Part shown: positions 57,247-64,000 of the stretch, piece after piece
Layout: each line of letters opens with the position of its first letter
Position numbering within the stretch: the stretch's first letter is position 1
From: Actinomycetes bacterium
GTDB lineage: Bacteria; Actinomycetota; Acidimicrobiia; Acidimicrobiales; Bog-793
Length of the DNA: 64,000 nt
Assembly: GCA_021798985.1 (NCBI GenBank)
Contig: JAJZBI010000001.1
Location: 194,444 to 258,443 of the forward strand
Direction of reading: 5' to 3'
Translations under genes and position numbers: made by a program
Notes under the pieces: model-generated
Databases searched by the model: none
Told to the model about the DNA's origin: nothing
Seen by the model: the letters and a program-made list of their open reading frames with translations, nothing else

Positions 57247-59787
57247 CTAGTGCCCCGAGGCGATCGCCACGGCGCCGGCGATGGGCGCGTTCGGAGACGG
57301 GGCGAGCGCCCGTGCGCTCCCGCCCGCATTGACATAGCCGCGCCACGAGACGATCCAGTAGCCAGCACCGACGGGCGAGGCGGCGATCCCGAGGAAGCGA
57401 CCGGGATGCTTGATGAGCCCCCCGAGCGCGTGGCCCGAGCCGAAGGTGTACACCCGCCCTGACGACGTGAGCACCAGGTATCCCTGGCCATCGGGGAGGG
57501 CCGCCATCCCGACCGCCCGCACCCGCAGCCGCTTGCCGATGTAGCCGAAACTCGGCGCGGCACCGAAGGCGTCGACTTTGCCCGACGCCTGGATCACCCA
57601 GTAGCCGTCGGCGACCGGGTCGGAGGCGATGCCAACGACGGGCCCGGTGACCACGGTCCCAGCGGTCGCCGTGAGGGCGTGCGCGCTCCCGAAGCCGAAC
57701 ACGTGGCCTGTTGAGTCCACAACCCAGTACCCCGTGCCGGCCGCGTCGGCGGCGATCCCGACGAGCTGGCTCGCATGGGCGATCGGACCGACCGAGCCCA
57801 AGCTGCGCGCTCCCCCGGCACCCACCACGCGCCCACTGGCGGCGAGCGCCCACCAGCCATGGCGGGGATCACCGGCGAGCGCGACGAAGTGCGTCCGGCG
57901 GCGCGGGAGGAGCGTGTCGAGCGGGGCGCTGCCATAGGCGACCAGCCGGCCACCCGCGGTGAGGACGCCGTAGCGCTCTGGCGGCGGGGGCGGCGGGGCA
58001 ACCTCGAAGCCGAAACTGACGGTGTCACTGCCGCCGCGGGCGTCGATGACCTGGATCGCCACCGACGTCGTGCCCACCGTCCCCGGCCTGCCGCTCAGCA
58101 CGCCAGAGGAGGACAGCAGCAAGCCGCCGGGGATCGCGCTGCGCTGGGCGATCGCCCAGTGGTACGGGCGGACCCCGCCGTGCGCGCGCAGCGCCACGGC
58201 GTAGGGCTCGCCGAGGCGCGCCTCGGGCAGGCGTGTCGTGGTGACCACCGGACCCGGCGCCACGACGAACTGGAGCATCGCCGACGCGACGTCCCCGTGG
58301 TTGTCGACGACGCTCACCCGGAACTGGCTGGTCGAGGGCGCCAGGGGACGGCCGTTCAACAGGCCGTTCGCGGCGAGGCTCACCCCGGGGGGCAGACCGC
58401 TTGCGGTCCAATGGTTCCCGCCGGTGCCGCCGTCGGCGACGAGCACCGTCGAGTAGTTCGCGCCGACCTCGGTGGCGGGCACCTCGCTCGTCGAGACGAC
58501 GAAGCGGCCGGTGGTGAGGAACGTCGTCGTGGTCGTGCCGTCGGGGCTCGTCACGACGACCGGCGCCTCGGCGTCAAAGACGCCGTGAGGGACGCTGAAG
58601 GTGAGGGTCGTGTCCCCGGTCGCCTTGAACGGGACGACCACGGTCTCGATACTGACCGAGCTCACCCTCGCAAAGCCCGAGCCCGACAAGGTCACCTCGG
58701 TGCCGGCACCGCCGCTCTCGGGGCTCATGTGGGTGATGCGGGGTGGATCGGGCTGCACCGCGCCGCTGGCGCACGCGGTGGCGCCCGGCAGCAGCCGGCC
58801 GTCGCCTCGGGCGTCGGCCAGTGCGCAGTAGGTGGCGGCGGGATCGGTGAGGCTCTCTTGGCTCTCGGGGACGGCGCCGAGCGCGGGGTCCGACGGGGAG
58901 GGGTTGAGCGCGACGGTCTTCACCGGCCCCCCGTTCGACGCGAGGGCGGGCTTGCCGTCGACGAACAGCAGCGCCAAGCGTGCCGACGGGGCGCCGTCGC
59001 AGGTGCTGGCGGCGACGATCACGCCAGCGCCAACCGTCGCACCCGCAGGACAGGCACCCGCGCCGGTGCGCGCCAGCACGTCGCCCTGCAGCCCGACCAC
59101 TCCCGAGCCACCGACCGCCCCGGCGCCCGCGGTCACCTGGTCGTCGACGAAGGTCGAGCCCTCGATGCTCGCCGTCCCCCCGCCGAGCGCGATGGCGCCG
59201 GCGACCTCACCGGCGAGATCGTCGACGAAGGTCGAGCCCTCGATGTCCAAGGTGCTCGAGCTCGAGGTGGGAGAGAAGTCGATCGCGCCACCGCTCACGC
59301 TCGGGGCGAGCGAGCCGTCGTCGGCGAAGGTGCTGTTGCGCACGCTGAGCGAGCCCCCGCGGTCGAGGATCGCCCCCGCCGGAGCTGCCCGCAACGTCAG
59401 CGCCGTCATCGTGATGCTGCCGGGACCGGCGATCGTGAGGGTGGGTCCGAGACTGCCACCGATGAGCACCGAGCCGGCGGGGGAGCCGACGATCGAGACC
59501 GGCAGGGAGCTGTCGAGGGTGAGCGGGGAGGCCACCTCGTAGGCCCCCCGAGCGAGCTCGATCGTGCCGCCGGTACGGCTGGCGTGGGCGATCGCCTGGG
59601 TGAGGGTGCACGGGTGCGCCCGCCCGCAGGTGCCACGCTTGGCCGTGGGCGTGGTGAAGAGCACCGGGGGACCCGATGCCGACGCCCTGGGCGCCGGGGC
59701 GCTCGCCGTCGCGAGGCACGCGAGAGCGCTGAGCAGCACCAACGCGAGCGCTCGCAGGGCGCGCGGCAACCGGCTCGCTTGGGCCAT
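57247..59787 (-). CDS. Large secreted surface protein: beta-helix/choice-of-anchor-Q-like, IPT/TIG, two Ig-like domains, six GYW repeats
   Basis: Signal peptide; NGGPVKT...DARG...GAVQ; SGGAGTEVTLSGSGF; GLPPGVSL; C-terminal GYW repeats. Confidence 0.8.
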   Translation of the reverse strand: MAQASRLPRALRALALVLLSALACLATASAPAPRASASGPPVLFTTPTAKRGTCGRAHPCTLTQAIAHASRTGGTIELARGAYEVASPLTLDSSLPVSIVGSPAGSVLIGGSLGPTLTIAGPGSITMTALTLRAAPAGAILDRGGSLSVRNSTFADDGSLAPSVSGGAIDFSPTSSSSTLDIEGSTFVDDLAGEVAGAIALGGGTASIEGSTFVDDQVTAGAGAVGGSGVVGLQGDVLARTGAGACPAGATVGAGVIVAASTCDGAPSARLALLFVDGKPALASNGGPVKTVALNPSPSDPALGAVPESQESLTDPAATYCALADARGDGRLLPGATACASGAVQPDPPRITHMSPESGGAGTEVTLSGSGFARVSSVSIETVVVPFKATGDTTLTFSVPHGVFDAEAPVVVTSPDGTTTTTFLTTGRFVVSTSEVPATEVGANYSTVLVADGGTGGNHWTASGLPPGVSLAANGLLNGRPLAPSTSQFRVSVVDNHGDVASAMLQFVVAPGPVVTTTRLPEARLGEPYAVALRAHGGVRPYHWAIAQRSAIPGGLLLSSSGVLSGRPGTVGTTSVAIQVIDARGGSDTVSFGFEVAPPPPPPERYGVLTAGGRLVAYGSAPLDTLLPRRRTHFVALAGDPRHGWWALAASGRVVGAGGARSLGSVGPIAHASQLVGIAADAAGTGYWVVDSTGHVFGFGSAHALTATAGTVVTGPVVGIASDPVADGYWVIQASGKVDAFGAAPSFGYIGKRLRVRAVGMAALPDGQGYLVLTSSGRVYTFGSGHALGGLIKHPGRFLGIAASPVGAGYWIVSWRGYVNAGGSARALAPSPNAPIAGAVAIASGH

Positions 59788-59846
59788 GCGCCGACCGTAG
59801 CGGGCGGATCTTAGAGAACGGGACGCGCCCTTTTGGACGTCGCGCG

Positions 59847-60503
59847 TTGGTATGGTTCGGCGTGCAGCATTTCCTGGTCCACTGGGGCTACATCGCGCTG
59901 TTTCTGGTGACGGCGATCTCCGCCTTCGGGATCCCCATCGGCTCCGAGCTCGTGATGGCCTACGGCGGCGCGCTCGCGAGCGGCCAGATCCTCACGGGGC
60001 CGAAGGACCACTTCTCGCTCGGCCTCGTCATCCTCATCGCCGTGCTCGGCGAGCTGGTCGGCTCGCTCCTCGGCTACGGGCTCGGTCGATTCGGCGGCAG
60101 ACCCTTCATCGACAAAGCGGGTCGATACCTGCTCCTCACGCACCGAGATCTCGATCGCGTCGAGGGCTTCCTCGCTCGCCACGGCGAGAGCTTCGTCTTC
60201 GTCGGGCGCCTCCTGCCGCTGCTTCGTTCGTTCGTCTCGATCGTGGCCGGGCTCGCCGAAATGACGATCGCCCGCTTCCTCGTCTTCACCGTGGTTGGCT
60301 CCGCGATCTTCAGCGCAGCGCTCGCCGGGATCGGTTATGCCGTCGGCAGCAACTGGCACCACGTCGTCAAGGGCTTCTCTGACGCCGGGTACGTCGCCGG
60401 CGCCATCGCCGTCGTCGCCGTGCTCGTCGCCATCGCCCACCGGGTGAAGGTCCTGCGCGAAGAGCACGAGCTCGAGCGGCGCGGGGAGCCCGGCGCCCTG
60501 TAG
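59847..60503 (+). CDS. DedA family protein
   Basis: GIPIGSE, GYGLGRFGG, GRLLPLLRSFVSIVAG. Confidence 0.9.
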   Translation: MVWFGVQHFLVHWGYIALFLVTAISAFGIPIGSELVMAYGGALASGQILTGPKDHFSLGLVILIAVLGELVGSLLGYGLGRFGGRPFIDKAGRYLLLTHRDLDRVEGFLARHGESFVFVGRLLPLLRSFVSIVAGLAEMTIARFLVFTVVGSAIFSAALAGIGYAVGSNWHHVVKGFSDAGYVAGAIAVVAVLVAIAHRVKVLREEHELERRGEPGAL

Positions 60504-60544
60504 CGATCCACCGCGACCGCGCAGCTGGATGCTACGAAGAGCGG

Positions 60545-62107
60545 GTGACTGAACCCCGCCGCGCGTCGCGCGCCAAGACGCGGACCTCCACGTCCAACTT
60601 CGGGGTCGGGCGGCGCGAGGCCCACGACTCGGCACCCTTCTACGCCCGCTTCAGCGCCCCTGAGCTGCTCTTGAGCGAAGACGTCTCGGACCCCGCGACG
60701 ATCGCCGAGCCATTCATCTGCGGCGACGCGCGCTCCATGGACCACGTGCCGGACAACTCGGTCGCCCTCGTGGTGACCTCGCCGCCGTACTTTGCCGGCA
60801 AGCAGTACGAGGAGGAGCTCGATCGCGAGGGGGTGCCGAGTTCCTACCTCGAGTACCTCGAGCTGCTGCGCGACGTCTTCGCCGAGTGCAAGCGGAAGCT
60901 TGAGCCGGGCGGACGGATCGCAGTCAATGTGGCCAACCTCGGGCGCAAGCCCTACCGGAGCCTTTCCGCCGACGTCACCCGCATCCTGCAGGACGAGCTG
61001 CACCTGCTGCTGCGCGGCGAGGTGATCTGGCAGAAGGGCGAAGGCGCCAGCGGCTCCTGCGCCTGGGGCTCGTTCCGCAGCGCCGCCAACCCTGTCCTGC
61101 GGGATCTCACCGAACGGGTGATCATCGCGAGCAAGGGGCGCTTCGACCGCGCGCTGTCGGTCAAGCAGCGCCAGCTCCGCGGCCTTCCCCATGAGAACAG
61201 CCTGACGAGCGACGAGTTCATGGCGGCGACGCTCGACGTCTGGGAGATCCCGCCGGAGAGCGCGACCCGCGTCCGACACCCGGCGCCGTTCCCCACAGAG
61301 CTGCCCGAGCGCCTCATCCACCTCTACACCTACCGAGGCGACCTGGTCCTCGACCCCTTCATGGGCTCCGGCTCGACGATGCTCGCCGCGGCTCGCAGCG
61401 GGCGCCGCTACGTCGGCTACGACCTCGACCCGAGCTACGTCGAGATCGCCCGCGAGCGGGTGCGCCATGGCGCAAGCGAGCGCGCCAACAGGCGCCGCGA
61501 GCGCACCGAGGAGGCAAATCGCTACCTCGGTGCGGCGGCCGACCAGGGCAAGGCCGTGCAAGCGATCGCGGAGCACGTGCTCGAGTCGGCAGGATTCACG
61601 ATCATCGCTCGCAACCACAAACTGGCCGGACTCGGCCTGTCGGTCTCCCTCGTCGCGACCGACCGGACCGGCGGTGCGTGGTACTTCGACGTCTCGGGCG
61701 GCTTCACCACCAACCGCGCGGGGATGAGCCGCACCGACACACTCTGGAAGTGCCTGGGGCGCGCCCACGTCCTTGCCGCCAACGGCGTTGCGCCCGTCGT
61801 GCTGCTGACCTCTCACCTGCCCCGCGCCGGAAGCGCTGGGGACGCCGCGCTGCACGCAGCCGGACGAGACGCCTTCTTCGACGCCGCCGAGATCCTCGAC
61901 CCCGCGGCAACCGACCGCCTCGCCACGTACGCGCGGGGCGGGAAGCGCCCAACTCCCCTGGCGGGCTTCTGGCGACCCGGCGAGCTCGGAGATCGCCTCC
62001 GTCGAACCGGCGCCCTCCGACCCGCCACGGCCGGCACCGCCCGCCGCGCCGCACCGGCCAAAGCGGCGCGCGCGAGGAGCGCGCCGTCGGGGCGACACTC
62101 TGCCTGA
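60545..62107 (+). CDS. Beta-class N4/N6 DNA methyltransferase fused to a C-terminal restriction-endonuclease-like domain
   Basis: VTSPPY, HPAPFP, LDPFMGSGST; extra ~200 aa with WYFDVSGG...RTDTLWK...VVLLTSHLP. Confidence 0.85.
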   Translation: MTEPRRASRAKTRTSTSNFGVGRREAHDSAPFYARFSAPELLLSEDVSDPATIAEPFICGDARSMDHVPDNSVALVVTSPPYFAGKQYEEELDREGVPSSYLEYLELLRDVFAECKRKLEPGGRIAVNVANLGRKPYRSLSADVTRILQDELHLLLRGEVIWQKGEGASGSCAWGSFRSAANPVLRDLTERVIIASKGRFDRALSVKQRQLRGLPHENSLTSDEFMAATLDVWEIPPESATRVRHPAPFPTELPERLIHLYTYRGDLVLDPFMGSGSTMLAAARSGRRYVGYDLDPSYVEIARERVRHGASERANRRRERTEEANRYLGAAADQGKAVQAIAEHVLESAGFTIIARNHKLAGLGLSVSLVATDRTGGAWYFDVSGGFTTNRAGMSRTDTLWKCLGRAHVLAANGVAPVVLLTSHLPRAGSAGDAALHAAGRDAFFDAAEILDPAATDRLATYARGGKRPTPLAGFWRPGELGDRLRRTGALRPATAGTARRAAPAKAARARSAPSGRHSA

Positions 62108-62120
62108 CCTGCGGACCACG

Positions 62121-63098
62121 GTGACCGAGCTCGCCACTGGGCTCGGGATGCTCGGCGACGATTCGCTCGAGGCGGTCTTCGCGCGGCGGCCGCCCGAGAT
62201 GACGAGCGTGGCTCCAGAGCTCTGGGACCGCCTCGATCAGGCCTACGCCGGCGGCGCGCTCGAGGACCAGTTCCAGCTCGCCTGGGCGAACGGTCGAGCC
62301 TTTCTCGAGGCGCGCGACGGCCTACGCGGCCGGCACCCGCTCAGCGTCGAATGGAAGGGCTCGCATCGCGCGCCGGGGGACGAGGTGGCACCGATCGACC
62401 TTCGCATCGACCACGTCTACCTCGTGAGCTGCAAGTACGCCTCGAAGATCATGATCAACACGTCGCCGTTCCACCTCTTCGAGCACCTGCTGCGCGGGGC
62501 GCAGGGGACACGGAGCGGCGACTGGTACGCCGAGATGGCCCCGAGGGAGTACGAAGAGCTGTACTCGGCGACGCTGCGGGCGACGGGCGTGTCAGCGGCC
62601 GACAGCCCGGCGCAACTCGACGCTCGCGATCGCGCGGCGCTGGCCACCGCACTCGCGGGAGGCTGGCCCGAGGCGGTCCAAGACGCACGCCGCGCGTTCG
62701 TCCGGGTCGTCGCCGAACAGACCGCGTCGCGCTGGCGCCACCACGTCGGCCGCGCGTCTGCCGAGCCGTTGCTCTGGCGGCTGCTACGGATGGGAAGCGC
62801 CCCCTATTTCCTGCTGGGTGGCACCTTGGACTCCCCCTTGCGGCTCCGGGTCGCGACCCCCTGGGACTGGCGGCAGTCATTCCGGCTGCGTCGCTTTGTC
62901 ATCGAGGCGTCGTCGAGCGCACAGCCCAGTGTCACCTGGCAGGCCGCCATCGAGGATCGCCATCGAGGCGAGCTCTGCCAAGTCGCCGGGCACGTCGAGG
63001 TGCGCTGGAGTCACGGCCGCTTCGGCGGCAACCCGGAGGCCAAGGTCTACCTGGACACACCGCACCGTCTGGTCCCCGGCTACTTCGCGCTCAGCTAG
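62121..63098 (+). CDS. Putative PD-(D/E)xK-like endonuclease
   Basis: PIDLRIDHVYLVSCKY motif; 13 bp downstream of the MTase. Confidence 0.55.
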   Translation: MTELATGLGMLGDDSLEAVFARRPPEMTSVAPELWDRLDQAYAGGALEDQFQLAWANGRAFLEARDGLRGRHPLSVEWKGSHRAPGDEVAPIDLRIDHVYLVSCKYASKIMINTSPFHLFEHLLRGAQGTRSGDWYAEMAPREYEELYSATLRATGVSAADSPAQLDARDRAALATALAGGWPEAVQDARRAFVRVVAEQTASRWRHHVGRASAEPLLWRLLRMGSAPYFLLGGTLDSPLRLRVATPWDWRQSFRLRRFVIEASSSAQPSVTWQAAIEDRHRGELCQVAGHVEVRWSHGRFGGNPEAKVYLDTPHRLVPGYFALS

Positions 63099-63141
63099 CG
63101 AGCAGCCGACGCCCCTCGGAGCGTTGCGGGCACGGCGCGGG

Positions 63142-64000
63142 CTACTGACAGGGATTGGGGCGGCTCGTCGGCGCGAGCGCCCGGCTCAGCAGGCCGCCGT
63201 CATCGAGCGCATCCCAGAATTCGGTGTCGACGCTCGAGTTCCACGTCCACATGAGCCAGCCGGAGATCGCCAGTCCGCCGATATGGCAGCTCGCGCGCTG
63301 CCAGGAGGTCAGGGCCCTCACCGCCACCGCGACCGGCGCAGCCCGCGTGGCGCCGAACTCCCCCATGATCACCGGCTTGCGGGTCGAGCCGGCGCCGAAG
63401 CTGTTGACCTGCATCAGCTCGGGGCCGAGGTTCGGGTAGACATGGATGTCGACGAAATTGACCTGGGTCGCTGCGGTGAACAAGAGCTGCGGCCGAACGG
63501 TCCATGTTGACCGCTTGACCGATGGCGGGTAGACGCCGACTCCCACCAGGCTCTGCGGGATCAAGCGGTGGATCGTCGAGGTGAGGCTGTTCGCCCAGTG
63601 GACGAGGTTCGAATTCTCCATCGCCGCGCGCGACGCCGCAGAGGCCATGTTGTAGCGCTTGCCGTCGGCCGTCGCGACGATCCCCGACTTCCAAGAGAGC
63701 GGGGCGGCGGTGTTGTTCCAGTCCTGCTCGCCCTTCAGCTCCCAGAGCGCGTCGACGAGCGGCGCACCGTCGGCACGCAGGGCGATGATCAAGTTGGTCA
63801 GGTAGCGGTTCTGACTGGCGATGAAGACCGGGCTCAGGTAGTCGGCGTTGTAGATGCCAAAGCTGTGGGTGAGCGACGGGGCGTAGCCGCCGGCGTTGGG
63901 CAGCGCCCCGACGGTGATGAGGGTGCGCACGCCGTACTGCGCCGCAGTCTTGACAAAGTCCGCGACGTTGCCGACGTACGCGCTGCTCAGCCCCGGACCG
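63142..64000 (-). CDS. GH5-like (clan A) glycoside hydrolase, 5' part outside the window
   Basis: WELKGEQ, DIHVYP, VIMGEFG, GWLMWTW. Confidence 0.75.
   Translation of the reverse strand, partial: GPGLSSAYVGNVADFVKTAAQYGVRTLITVGALPNAGGYAPSLTHSFGIYNADYLSPVFIASQNRYLTNLIIALRADGAPLVDALWELKGEQDWNNTAAPLSWKSGIVATADGKRYNMASAASRAAMENSNLVHWANSLTSTIHRLIPQSLVGVGVYPPSVKRSTWTVRPQLLFTAATQVNFVDIHVYPNLGPELMQVNSFGAGSTRKPVIMGEFGATRAAPVAVAVRALTSWQRASCHIGGLAISGWLMWTWNSSVDTEFWDALDDGGLLSRALAPTSRPNPCQ

Noticed and set aside
1-64000. Very frequent CTCGAG/GTCGAC/CGATCG palindromes; search for a CRISPR array or prophage
   Set aside because: The palindromes are explainable by CTC-GAG, GTC-GAC and GCG-ATC-G codon pairs without a count-based test. 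No repeat-spacer array or phage structural genes were seen.

Overview
High-GC actinobacterial chromosome segment. The gene content (actinobacterial cta/qcr genes, senX3-regX3, clpS-DUF2017, GYW-repeat surface protein, G1 peptidase) suggests Acidimicrobiia, possibly an acidophile (inference). In order: respiratory and heme genes (qcrC partial, ctaE, hemE-hemH-hemY-lnt, ctaCDF), tatA and a fused 2-oxoacid dehydrogenase E1. Next is a phosphate locus (pstB-S-C-A, phoU, senX3-regX3) with a five-gene, translationally coupled conjugation-like (T4SS) operon sitting between phoU and senX3; no relaxase, integrase or att site is visible for it. Then an ABC transporter/COX15/clpS/DUF2017 run, tRNA-Glu followed by a decayed island (integrase, YciI and PAS remnants), mscL, an orphan adenine methylase, glpKD, and tRNA-Asp/tRNA-Phe followed by a second decayed island (ISL3 remnant, GalrD-II-like dehydratase with GntR, methyltransferase pseudogene). 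The last third holds secreted and envelope enzymes, purF, a large beta-propeller surface protein, and a methyltransferase-nuclease fusion beside a second nuclease-like gene. Best candidates for an undescribed system: the pho-embedded orphan T4SS with its hairpin-dense upstream region, and the MTase-nuclease pair. All calls come from motif reading and recall; no searches were run.
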